Assembly: GCA_012026655.1 (NCBI GenBank)
Contig: JAAILG010000078.1
Location: 62,001-126,000, forward strand
Source of the DNA: Hydrolagus affinis
Lineage: Eukaryota
Length of the DNA stretch: 64,000 bases
Direction: 5' to 3'
Shown: one piece after another, positions 51,627-64,000 of the stretch
Layout of the letters: each line of letters starts with the position of its first letter
How positions within the stretch are numbered: the first letter of the stretch is position 1
Made by a program: the position numbers and the translations under genes
The notes under the pieces: model-generated
What the model was told of the DNA's origin: nothing
The model's input: only the letters and a program-made list of their open reading frames with translations
Database searches by the model: none

Positions 51627-52251
51627 AGTTTGTAAATATGGCAATTTGGATCTTATTATCATTGTGGACTCGAATCTTATCATAGCCGGGCGCCATTCAA
51701 ACCTACATCAATCCCCAAAATTTATTTTGAATCGTTAGCCCGGGGTTTATCACAGGCAAAAAAGGAAACAGCTAGCAAGCTCCTGCGGACCTGGGGACAA
51801 GCTGGTGGATTCTGTATTAACAGTCACTTAATGATGTGTTTCTGAAGGACTGAAGCCCATTTCTCTAGTTCTGGCAGAATACTATGGTTCCTGCATTTTC
51901 CGTGGGCCACTCATGCCTGCCAGATTTGAGGAGGTTGGTGCCTCCTGGCCGCTGTGCTGATTAGTGCCAGAGGGTGGAAACACTGCCGATTGTTAAGAAT
52001 GTTTCTATTTTTAATGTTTCTTTAGCTCCCATTGATGGCTGGTGTCCATCTGAGGATTTGGCTCCTGCTGTTTATACTGAGGAAGGCCCTAGGATACATA
52101 AATTAAATATGGCATCGAGGCCAGCACCAACCAGGTCCCTTCCCTGTGTCTGGTCTCACCAGCGTACAAAGTGTTTCTCCCTTTCCCTGCTTTGGCTGTA
52201 ACATTGAATTTGCTGCTACAAGAAAAAGCAGGACAATTGCAGACCTCTGAG

Positions 52252-52328
52252 AATAATAATAATAATAATAATAATCCTTGTATTTGATATAGTGCTTTCC
52301 ACGTCTTCTAGACATCTCAAATCGCTTC
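52252..52328 (-). mobile_element. SINE tail fragment
   Basis: (AAT)n ccttgtatttgatatagtgctttccacgtcttctagacatctcaaatcgcttca. Confidence 0.88.
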
Positions 52329-55300
52329 AAACCCACTAGTGGGTTTACCTCCATCACTCTATCAAGCCAAAAATGTCCCAATACCGACATGGCAAAATCA
52401 TTCTGAATCATCACCATCGATGAAAATTAGCCAAGTGTATGTGTTCTACTACATCCATCAAATCATCCCTTGTTCCATCAGAAGTCTGAAAATTGTTTTG
52501 ACCTTAGCCTTGTACCAATAACTTAGAAATTCCAGAGGGTATAGAGTTTGGGAAATTTGGAAAATTCTTCAATTCATTCTTAATTTTGTTTAAAAATGGT
52601 TTAAAATTTTTTTCTGCAATTGTCCTTGAATACTACAGAAATCCAACTTCCAAAATAAAACTGATTTTTAAAATCCATATTTCTGCAAACAATTTTACAT
52701 TTTAAGACAATAGCCTTAAGGCTACTGAGAAATATTGGGCCCTTAGAACCTTTGAGGTCTGCACTTTCCTTCCCTACTTTACCACATATCTTTACCAAAG
52801 GTACATTCTTACAGTTTGCTCATTCTTAAAGTCCTTAGGATGAGGTTCAATATCAACTGTTTGCTGAATAAAAAAGTTCAATCGGATTTCTTGAATAAAT
52901 GTCCTGTTTGCCACACTTTTCATTTGTTTCAGGCACTGTTTTGAGATTGCAGATGAGAGTCTAACTTCAGACTGACACCCCAGGCCATTTAGTAAAACAC
53001 ACGATCAGATTTTACATACTTAATCAAGGAACTGAGCAAGTTACAAGGTCCAATGTTCCTGTCAGTCTTTAGTTCTCATCCTTTCAAACACGTCAATTCA
53101 GATCAAAATTGGAATCCGCTGAGGAATCAAACATCCTTCCCCCCCGCACTCCCCTCATACCTCCCTCTCACTCACACATGGTTTGCTAGGAAGACTAGAA
53201 GAGCATAGCAAGTGACCATGGGGGGAGGGGGAATAAATTTAACAGAAATAAAAGCAGCACTGGTCCTGGTGGAGGACCTAAACAATGGGACAGGTTTCAT
53301 TGGCACAATTCATCCTGTTATTCCTTTACATTTGAAATGTAACTACAATATACAGGTTTGTTTTTATTGATATCAAGAGGACTTTGCACCCAACCAAAAG
53401 CCTGTTTACCACTTCTCTCGCTGGATAAACCTCTTTGTGGATCCTTCTTATATTTTCTGTGACGCAACACTACCATCTAGTGGTTAAATAATAACATCTC
53501 AACAAACCCTTCATTTCAAAGGTTTTCCAACAATAATTTTTTGTATGTGCTGTTGTTACATCTTACAGCAACTGTACATAGGTAACTGAATAAGGTCATA
53601 GCTGGTTCCACGGTGCAGTTCAAGTCCAAACAGATATGTACAGCGAGTGTCTAACTGAACCAGCCAAATACGTTGTCCACTTAAGATTCCACAGAAATGT
53701 AAAATCCAGCAATCACATCTCTGTAGAATCAGCAGATTTGTAACCTGAAAACTGAAAAGTTTTGTCTGTATAATTTGTCTGCAATCCGTCCTTTAAGGAG
53801 ACACTCTGACAATCTCCATCCACATGCAGTGTAACCCAGACTGATACAGAGAGTTAGGTATTTATACACTAGCAGCTGCATTTTGAAGTGCTGAGGTTTA
53901 ACAACTGTTCCTGACTGAAGAGCTACAAAGTGGGACTCGTCAATTATTTTGTGCAATTGCTGCGTATTACATAAGTGAAAGGCAAATGTGTTTCATTGGG
54001 CCCATTTGTAAATATACTCTGTCCATTTTTTCGGCAAATAAAAATCATTAGAGTTCCTGTTGGCGTTTTGCACAGTATGTTGGAACTCACACTGCATTAT
54101 AGAATAGTACAATTGAAGTGCCCCCCCTCCCACCCTCAGGTATGGAGTGTCTGTTCGCCGAAGAAGAGAGGAAGTAATGGAGAAAAATAAACTTTCGAAG
54201 AATAGAGTTTAGTCACAAAATTATTACAGCACATCTAGTTTTTCAAAAGACTAGAGAGGCCCCTTTCTCAGGCCTTTTAAAGGACAATATTTCTACTGAA
54301 ATCTCTGATAAAGTACTTTGGGAGTTAAGTACTAATTTATTAACGTGATGAGGTGAGTTTCTCATTGTAAATACCTGCAGTCAAAGCTAAATGCATTTAC
54401 TGACAAGAGGAAAAATAACCTTCATTGCTCTCACTGTACCCCAGACTTCAACATCTGGGTTGTTTCATTTCAAAGCCTCTTTTATTGCTAGGGTTCTGCA
54501 GCTCATCAACACGGTGATCAACTCAATACCTGGCTATATTACTCTGATTCATCTCAAATTATCAAGCTTAAATGTTATGGGTGGAAAATAAACAACTTTG
54601 ATCACAGTTTTTAAAGCCTGTTCTTTTTTTAATCGTTTCCTACAGTTTCACAAAAGCAAAACAACAAGATCCCTGCTTATAATCCTTGCTTGTTCTCACC
54701 TCCAGATTTGCATTTTTCAAAGATGTTGCCACAAATTATGAAACAGAGATTCTGAAGGAACCTATTAAACTGATTTTATTTTGATGTGTCACCAAGGAAT
54801 GAGCATTGTAAAAAGTGACTTTTGTTTCACAAATTTCAAACCTTCCGAACTGCATACAGTTACACTTTTGCTGTTTAAATCACAGAAATAGGTTCACTTT
54901 CTTCCAATGAAAACCACACTTTTGATGGAATTAAATCAGACAGGACCACTTTTCAGACGATAACGTAAGAAACTAATGGATTGAGAAATTTCTGCAACAG
55001 CGTGAAGGCTACAAAAAATCTGAAATATATGGTCATTAAAAGGTCTGCATGCACCACCTAAACTGAAGCCTTTTGATAAAATCTGACATACAATTTTTGT
55101 GGCTGAACTTGCCTAGTAGTTCTGGTTATTAACCCTTTTTTGTTTTGAGGAGGAAGTGACACTGACGTTACTTCATGAAGGATGTGAAAAGAATACAAAT
55201 TAATGTAATACAATAAAATTTACATTTATATAGTGCCTCCCATATCAGAAGGGTAACCCAAAGTGCTTAACTTGCTTGGCACCCAAGTTCCAGTGTGAGA

Positions 55301-56199
55301 ATCTTAAGCATAGTGTATATGCAGAGTTTGCAGGAGTGATGTCAAATGATATCAATGACTACCTGACAACCCAGATGTCAACCATCTTTTCACATTTTGT
55401 TATAACATGAAATATTGGGTTCAAACAACCACATTATAATAGAGTTGACTTGTGGATAGAGAAAAGTAAAAAATAGAATGCCAAGCGATAGGAAACAAAA
55501 AAAAAGGATAAAAAGGGATAACAGGCAAGCATCATTTGGCATTTTAAAATTCGTATTTTTGTATTTTGGTATTTATTTTTCGCAATTTCCAATTTTGCAC
55601 TAGCCTTTTTCAAAGATTTGAAAGTCATCTTTTTTTTTCCATCTTACAATTGTAAAACACAAACCAGAAGTTGTGATTAATTCAACATATTCGCTTTGTG
55701 AATATCTAATTTTAGGTGCCTGTAGCTACGGTACATGTATATTTCAAGCACACAGCATTCTACATATCCAGCTAGGACTACTCTAACTGACCAGAGGGTT
55801 GAAGATACGTTAGCACTTTTAAATACCCCAGATTATTGTGGACCAGTTTGACTTTGTTTCCTTAGATTCAGTTCAGTACCAGTCTTTCCTCCCTATCAAT
55901 TCATTGTTAAACAGAAAGTTACTTTGTAAACCCAGGGAGTTTAGTTCAAAACCACCCAGTTTGAAGTCTAACAAATTGAACTATCAAGGATATTATTACA
56001 TGCATCACTTCAAACTCTACTTAAAAGTCCTACTTTGTTTTAAACAATTATTTCTGCCTTTTACAAATGAAGAGTCTCTGTCTGATCTCCTCACAAAATT
56101 GGAGACATCAAAGCTATAATTTGTAGAAATATTATTTGGCTGCTCTTATGGTGATTGTCTTTGGAATACATTATGTCAGTGGTCAGTACTGATGACATG

Positions 56200-56410
56200 T
56201 CTGGGGAAGAGATCAAGACTGACCACACGGGAGCTGAATTACATGTTAAATGACAAAAAACATTGATGGTCCTGGAATTAAAGTCAGCCACTGGTGCCAA
56301 TTTAACTTCCTTGGTGTCAACATCAGTAACTTGGTTACCAAAACAGTCAGTATGCGTATCATTAATGCCCTTAAGTGCTTTGAGATTGGACTACTGATGG
56401 GACTACTCTA
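56200..56410 (+). mobile_element. Decayed non-LTR reverse-transcriptase fragment (RTE-like)
   Basis: Frame from 56262 reads IDGPGIKVSHWCQFNFLGVNISN...MRIINALKCF, resembling the RTE pattern IDG..LE.V..F.YLG..IS......RI.KA...F. Confidence 0.45.
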
Positions 56411-56921
56411 GCCTGGAATTGTTTCTGTGTGCAAAATAATCTTTCTGGTAAGGCTTAGCCTCCACACATACTGTTCTTGCATTCTGCTGAGGCAGCTGAT
56501 TCTATTGTGATAGACCCATTATAAGTCGTGGGCATCTGAGGCACACTGCGCTTAAAAGCTACTCTCTGCTCTTCACCTGCAATATACAAATCAATGCTGC
56601 TACACCTATGCTGTGGGCAGAAACCTGCTCTATACTTCTTACTGTTCTCAGCCCTGTGGGACAATACTTTGAAACTGTATCTTTTGTTACACTAGCTAAC
56701 CTCAAGTCTCATCAGTAGTTCAATATTTGTTTCTCAGTGTTCCTTCTTAGCTCTACAGCACTGCAAATGTTCCTCATAAACAAGCATGAACATGGCTCCA
56801 ACAGGCTCTATTTTCCTCCCTTTTCAAGAAACATTTTGACTCGGGCTTTGGAAGCACAGGAATGCCGAGAAGAATGCTAAATACCTCATTGTTTAATCTT
56901 TCCTCTGTTTATATATAGTAA

Positions 56922-57110
56922 GAATTCTTATCTTTGATATAGTGCCATGATCATAACATCATAACATCTCAATGCGTTTCACATTTTTTTACTGAAAGTA
57001 CTGTATAATCGTATAATGACTGTATTTTGTAGACTGCAGTGGCAGTCAATTTGCCCACAACAGTGTCCCACACACACATCAATGAACTGAATGACCAATT
57101 TTATTTAGGG
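56922..57110 (-). mobile_element. SINE 3' half, old
   Basis: tttgatatagtgcc...tggcagtcaatttgcccacaacagtgtcccaca...tgaccaatttt. Confidence 0.75.
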
Positions 57111-59214
57111 GAATGTTGTTGAAGTTATATCACTATAATCAACAAACAAAGGAATTTTAAAACTCCATGAGTACGTAAGCTCTGTTATTGCCTGCGTGGT
57201 TGAGGAGGAGACCCAATTCTCCAATTCACTTACAATAAGGTGTCCATTGTTTCTTCAGAGAAGAACTTAACTCTTATCCATGCAAAACTCCATCTTGCTA
57301 CCAGATGGCAACTAACTGGTGCTTTTCAGCAGCTGAGGCTGAGTATGAAGTCAGGAATTTTAATTGTTAGTTTTTACAAGGCGCGCAGGATTAAGACAGG
57401 CCTGAATTTATACTCATTACTGTTTCAAGTTAACTAAGGTCAAGTCAAACAAAGTTTGGCTTCAAGGACAAAAGTGGTAATGGGGAATTCATTACTCTGA
57501 GATGTGACCCTGTCTTAAAGAACTGACATGACTCGTTGACACTGTGTTTAAGCCGCAGGAAAACAGTAATTTCAGCGTATCGTAATACCACAACACAGCC
57601 TCAAATATTTTTTGTAACAATTTTCACAAAGGCTTATTTATTGAAATTTAAAACAGGTGTTTGGTGTTGAGGCTGCAACCAAACATTTTTCAGCTCCATT
57701 TTCAGATGTTGCCTTGATCAAGTTTGTCCTGAGTAATAAAGGCACTGTATCCCTTCTGTATGCTGAACAAGTGTTCTTTCTCTCTCCCTGAAGAGCACAC
57801 TGCAGAGTCTATCTGCAACCATTCAATACTAAATGCCAGATAAAGTTACAGCAAATTTGTTTTCTTGAAAAAGCAGCGATGCTTAAGATCCCTTGCGGAA
57901 TCGTGGCCTTGTCTTCTTTTCAGGTTCAGAACTGGCGTAATCTCACAGAAACAAACACGACTTGCTGCCACAATGGGGCTGTTCTCTCAAGGAGGAACGG
58001 AACAGAGCTCCATTTTCAGGTGTTTAGGTACAAAGGTAAAAGGGTTTTTGACCTTAATACTGGCTTGGTAGCTGTGGTAGGTAACAGTGGCTCTAATCCG
58101 CTCTTGTACAATCACAGCACTCAATCTGCTCAGGTAGCTCCACTGATATTTGTGCATCAATTAATTTTGCAGTTTTAGTTTTATTGATTATATCTACAAT
58201 ATACCAGTACTGAATATCCTGGGAAGAGGAGGGTGGGGTGTGGTGGTGGGGGGGGGGAGGGGTGCTGTTGGCAGTTTCCCTGGGGCGGTTTATCAATTCA
58301 GACATCTTTAAGAATAAAATCTACCGAAACATTAAATTGTCATTGGTGATAATTATAACACCACAGACCATGTTTTTCATTTGAACATTCATAGCAATGC
58401 TTTGACAGTCTTTGTAGATTTTATTATTCCGAAGCTTTAACTGACTTTGTTTGCTCATCAAAGTAAGGGGTATCAGTGCTGGAGAATGGAACACTTTTCT
58501 CTTTTTGGCACCTAGTGGAGCTGAATAAGTGTTGCAACAGTGAAACACATGACTGCTGTATAAAAAGTGCCTTTTGATGTAACTGTCGTTTTCTACAGGT
58601 CAATTGCATCTTCTCCAGCTCCCGACAGGATGACACTGGCTAGAATTGTCCTCAGTGCTGTGATTGTGCAAATTCGAGTGACGTACAGGAAATATTTTAC
58701 ATCACAAGGCACATTTTCTGATAGATATTGAGAGTATATTAGGGTTTTACTGCACAAGCACTTTTTCAATTCAAGCGTCAACATGGTTTTGATGCAGAAG
58801 AATACCTGCTTTATAGTGCAACATCACTTCCAGCAATAGAACGATTTAGAGCAGGAAGCCTGATTTGTATCCATGCTGCCAATCTTTCTTACCCAAGACT
58901 GAAGAGTTTCTGTCCATGTGCAGAACCTCAGCAACTGTGAACCCTTGAAACTCTTGACAAGTAAGACTTTCATCCCATCAAACTCCAGACAAATCCAAAC
59001 ATTTAAAAGTAAAAAGTCAGCGTGACGCCAGTCTCTGATCTTCAGATTTAACGTATCCTATATAGGTGAACTCGTATAAGTCATCTCATTATATCTCTTA
59101 TAATCACTTAAGTCATACATTCATTTTCCAAAAAAACTTTGATTTCTTTGCACTAGTTGGATTTTACAACTCAGATAAAACGGCTAAATTGTAACCTTGT
59201 TCCCAAATAATGTA

Positions 59215-59472
59215 CAACAACAACAAAAAAATTACATTTATAGAGTGCCTTTCACGTCGGGAGGATGTCCCAAGGCGCTGAACAGTTAGGTTGGGTCCAG
59301 AGCAAGCGAGGGGGCAGGGTAGGAGGGTGTGGGGGGAGGGCGGGAGAGAGTTAGGAGGGGAAGGAGAGAGTTTGGAGGGCAGCAGAAGGTTCGATCGAAG
59401 AAGAGCGTCTTGAAACCGGCCTTGAAGGAGGCGAGAGAGGGAGTGAGGCGAGGCGAAGGGACTGTGGGATGG
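59215..59472 (-). mobile_element. L2 LINE 3' end, well preserved
   Basis: Minus frame RLTPSLASFKAGFKTLFFDRTF; tail caacaacaacaaaaaattacatttatagagtgcctttcacgtcgggaggatgtcccaaggcgctg with CpGs retained. Confidence 0.92.
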
Positions 59473-60129
59473 AATGTAAATCCTAATGGAAATAATGTCC
59501 TAACTCGTATCACCACAACCCTATTTACTGGCTTCATTGACGAAGTACTGCAATTGTTTGGAACAGTGCAGCAAGGTAAATTTGAATACTTTAAATAATT
59601 CAGTTACATATTAATGTCAATAGTTCTTTCTAAGAGATCATGCCATTCATTCTACATAACTTCTGCACATGGCGACATGTACATTGTATAGATGTACGTG
59701 TTGTGTGTTAAATAAATAAAATCTGATTTATGCATAATTTGGATTTTGTGCAAGTCATATTAAATGACATGGTCCTGACTGATATGACCTATAAAAGTTT
59801 ACCTGTGTATCGCAGCTGACTCAAGACAGTGAGTGAAAACACACAGTCTAAAGATTCAGTCTTTACATTTCCAGTTTAGTCAGACTGATTACCACATTCC
59901 TGCACATCACTCCCATAACTAGGTGACAAAACATATGGCAATAGGGGATAGAAGTTCCACCCAAGTGTAGCTCTGCTCTATTTTACGCTTCATATTACAG
60001 AGTGTCCAGAATTGGGCAATCTGTTGAATTCAGTTTTAACTTTGAGGCTCATTTTCTACAGTTACAATGAGTTGGAAAATGTGATATTTGATATCCTGGA
60101 CTTTGCGGATGGGTCGGAGTTAGCCTCTC

Positions 60130-60580
60130 CACTGTATCCCAATAGCTCGAGAGACATAAAGGAGAACTGGTTGCACACAGGTCTTATAGCTACACGCTTG
60201 ACCTGCATTGGGACTTTGCTGTCATTGAAGAGGAATGAACACAGCCAGAGTGCCCTTCACCCTTTCTCAGTGCAGTCCTTCAGGGCATGGTCCAGGCTGA
60301 AAATGGTGTCCACCAGAATCGTGAGGTACCATTGAAGTCAACAATTGGGACTAATGCCACTTGTATCTTCCAATCAAGTCCCTCGATGCCTTCCCCTAGG
60401 CCGTGCAGGACCATGATTCGGCACTTAGGGGTATCACTACCATCATGTCCCACCAGTTGGTTCAGTGTTCAAGAAGGCGGGTGCAGCACGGAAGAGTCCG
60501 ACAGCAGCACTATATTATCCACAAACAGAAGTGCCAGAATCCTGTCACAAAGTTATTCCTCCGGCAGACAGACTAAAGAT
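60130..60580 (-). mobile_element. Decayed non-LTR retrotransposon RT domain (RTE/RTEX-like), frameshifted
   Basis: Ordered minus-strand motifs: RILALLFVDNIVLLSD (LLFADD), KCRIMV, VPIVD.(Y)L, KG*RAL, KVPMQVK, YKTCVQPVLLY, ELLG. Confidence 0.7.
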
Positions 60581-63279
60581 TTCAACTGCATCACTTGTGC
60601 TTCACTCAATCTGACCAGTAATATTTGGTAAATGCCATTGCCCCTCAATTCCCCACTTCCTTCCTTCACTGGCCCAATAGATTTCAAATTGACTTGAAAT
60701 TTGTATTTTCCTCATAAGAATTTCCTCCTTTGGGTCTCACAATTCACACCAATATTACACTCAATGCATTTAGTACACCATGTCACTAGAATACTTAAGA
60801 GCTACAATTCTAACCACAAATAATGCATGTTACGGTGGGCTGGCGATCCATGCTCTGATGGGGGTACAGTACCATTACTATAACAGTACTAAGCAAGAGA
60901 CTCAGTTTGTGCTCCTTTTTGCTGGATCATTGCTTCCAGCACTCACTGAGGACTGCAACAAGGATGTAACGATAGTGAAACATCTCTCTCAGTCAGCAAT
61001 GTTCTTATCAGAATTCCCCCTGGACTGACAGTGAAAAACACAACAGCTCTTCTCACCAATTGATCATAAGACTTTATGTACTGTGATCCGTAAACCCCAT
61101 GATATCACCTGTTTTCTCCTCCATTGTAATGCTCTGTCATCATTGAGATATATCAATTGAAAATGGTTCGGGTTTATAATATGGAAGCTCTTCAGACAAA
61201 CAAGATTGTATTTTTATTCAAAATACAGCATTAACAGATTTCTGTAATAGTAAAGATTAGTTACTGTATTTCTCCCAATTATAAAAGTCATGTGATGATT
61301 TTTTAAGTAACTCTGAACTGTTTTCTGAAATCTCACAACATTCATATTTTAATATCCCCGCATCTTGCACTATAAACCAAGAGAGGGCTTCTCCTATTAG
61401 CCTTTCATATACATTAACTATTTTTTCTAAATAAATTTTTGTTGATCAAGATGAAGAGAAAGCATAGTTGGTTCCCCAAAGTTGACCCATAGTCCTTAAA
61501 GGGTTAAGTTCAATGTTGCTTCAAAGAGTTGTTCTATCTGTGAGAGCTCTAGGCTTCTATTTGAATCATCAGTCCCTGTGGAAATGTCCTATTTTGTACA
61601 TGAACATATATATACACTTTTTAATCCAGTTTATTAACATTCAGACCTCAAAGTAACATTTTGACTGCCTGCCAACCAGGAGCTAATTACAACACTATTA
61701 CAGCTAACATCAATAACAAACAAACGACCTGCAGTTTAATTTCTTCATTCTGAAAAAAAACCATTTCCACAGTGACATTTGAGAAACTGATATAGAAATG
61801 CAGAGATTTGGGAAGCTGCATTTCAGTGAATGGCACGAAAACAAGCCATTACTAAAATCAAATAATACATTTTCTTTTAAAGAAAAAAACACTTTATATT
61901 AATGGCCTGTGATTTCTCTAATCCTATGTTTACATGTAGGCATGTCACAAATGGATGGCTGGAACAGAGCTCTCCAATGCCTGTGCAAATTGGTTTGAAA
62001 TGACTAAAATCGGAATTAAAAAGGATCTACACTAATGGAAATCTAAAAGCAAGTTTCAGGGCTGAAAGCATATAAATACTGCCATAAAAGACACTATAAT
62101 GTACCTTGTATATATTATAAACAGCTGGGTAAAAGGTTAATATCAGAACAAGGGCAATTTCGTATTTTTTCAGCTTCCAAAAGACTCCACCGTTAATATT
62201 TTATAGAAATAAAAAAACAAAACCTGAAATAAATTTTGCCTTTGGTATTTCTTCTCTAACGAAGCTCTAGAGTAGATTTAACTGCTTTCTGCCTGGGGCA
62301 TGGTGTGGTTAACATAGCCCCTAGCCTCCCAAAGGAAAATATCTGAAGTGTAAAGTGAAATAAGAATCTATATGTTAGGACCCAAGAGCAGCCTGCTTTA
62401 TTCCACAAAATGTCTCTTCCTTGAGTTTATGATAACTATGCAGCCTTTGAGTATGATATACATCATGAAATCAATAGGCACTAAAGGCCTGGATTCAACA
62501 CACAGATCAGATCTCGACATTTTTTAACATGGAAGTTGAGATTTGCAGAAGACTTCACTGGTTTCAAAGACAACGTTTCAACTCCAGTGAGTTTTTTTGG
62601 AGGGTATGTTCAAACAAATATTACGTTTCTTTAGTTCCCTGTACATTTTATGTTGTCATAAAAATTTGACTTTTTTTTATTTTTAAGTATTTGTCACTTC
62701 CTTGATCTCCTCAAACCATATTTCAAAGGCAAAAGTGCCAGAAGCCAAGCTGCTCAGAGCTGAATAGCAGCCCACGAGCAACACCCTTGAAAAGTTTTCC
62801 TCCCTGTATCTGAGGAAGTACATCTCCTCCCACAGCAGTGCAGCTAATAGCATAGGCTCAGTGCCATTGCAAATCAACACCTGCTTCTCATTACTCCAAC
62901 GCTGTCCTTCATTGTGCCAAAACACCCATCCATTCCACATTTGGAAAAGGACATAGACACAGGACATTCCATTGCAACACAATATACAATCCCAAATCCA
63001 GAAACATCGATGAATGGATTTATTATGAATGTGAAGAATAGTAATCACAGTTAGATTAGTAATACAGCATTTCAAGTCTTTAAATAAAGCAAGATTAAGC
63101 CAGGTATAAAAAAAAAGTACAATGGTAAAAATGTTACATTTTCATATACCACTTAATCACAAAATTGTTTTCAAACAAGACTTTTCGGCCCATTTGCTAA
63201 TTGTTAATTTCTTCTAGATAAATAAATACTTATTGTCTGTCATTTGAATGTACCTTTTTTCTATTGCCTTGGCATTTCT

Positions 63280-63828
63280 GAATCCTGCTCGACTATTCCA
63301 ATGTCCTCATCGCCAGTTTCCCCAATTTCACTCTCCACAAAATTCAACAAATTCAAAACTCCACCGCTCATATACTCATCCGCTCTAAATTCTATCATAC
63401 CATTCCAAACCAGCTTCCACTGGCTCCTTACTACAGATTGGATCATTTTCCGAGATCCTCACACTCGTCTACAAATCCCTCCATGCTCTAGGACCTCCCT
63501 ATCTCTCGAAGGTCTGCGTACTCTATACTCCACCACCATCCATCTCTGCTTGACTGGCTCTGGTCTCTTGCTTGTCCCTCATTTCCTCTGCTCCATCATT
63601 GGTGGCTGGCCTTTCAGCCAGTATACCCCGAAACTTCGAAACTCTCTCCCTCAATCCCTCTGTTTTACAGCCTCCCTTCCCTTAGTCAGATCACGCCTGA
63701 AGACCTGCCTCTTCATCCATATGGTCACCACTCCCACCTCAGTGTCAGGATCTACAACTTCCGAGTTAAGCTCCGAGTGAGATACTACCCCATGTGAAGG
63801 GCGCTATATAAATGCAAGCTTTTGTTGT
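63280..63828 (+). mobile_element. L2 LINE 3' portion (ORF2 C-terminus and tail)
   Basis: LDYSNVLIASFP, LHKIQQIQNSTAHIL, FHWL, IGGWPFS...NSLPQSL...LKTCLF; tail tgtgaagggcgctatataaatgcaagcttttgttg. Confidence 0.92.
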
Positions 63829-63908
63829 TCAGAAAATATTGTTCTGTGTTTACTTTTTCAATCCCATTTAATATTTTGCTTATCTCTTTTCAAGGCTGAA
63901 GAGTCTAC

Positions 63909-63988
63909 ACAACAACAACAACAAAATTACAACAACAAAATTACATTTGTATAGTGCTTTTCATGTCGGGAGAATGTCCCAAGGTGCC
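63909..63988 (-). mobile_element. L2 3' tail, facing the previous L2 tail
   Basis: (CAA)n aattacatttgtatagtgcttttcatgtcgggagaatgtcccaaggtgc; 14-bp tandem duplication aacaacaaaattac at 63917-63944. Confidence 0.85.
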
Positions 63989-64000
63989 TGAAATACACTA

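Noticed and set aside
62683-63075. 130-aa minus-strand ORF
   Set aside because: Cys/Trp-rich, no recognisable domain and no flanking splice signals
63244-63780. 178-aa ORF
   Set aside because: Frameshifted L2 ORF2 remnant, not a host gene
1-64000. Novel multi-gene, CRISPR or prokaryote-type system
   Set aside because: No long ORFs, operon structure or repeat-spacer array; the recurring repeats are dispersed SINE and LINE copies

Overview
This is AT-rich vertebrate genomic DNA, not prokaryotic. The repeat content points to a cartilaginous fish, probably a holocephalan such as the elephant shark; this is inferred from recalled repeat families, not from a search. It holds about 20 copies or fragments of one abundant tRNA-headed SINE with an L2-type tail, many L2 LINE 3' ends, DeuSINE (SacSINE1-like) relics, a CR1 3' end and decayed RTE/RTEX-like reverse-transcriptase fragments. 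None of the listed ORFs is a credible intact gene. The window looks mostly intronic. A few short minus-strand candidate exons with good splice sites (best: 22388-22447, QELEENLMEYEEDDDVKVDK) suggest the 3' end of an unidentified long-intron gene. Several repeat-free, motif-dense blocks could be conserved non-coding enhancers. Other notable structures are a ~176 bp imperfect palindrome, an L2 nested inside a SINE, an L2/SINE chimera and close inverted SINE pairs. I see no support for a new multi-gene system.
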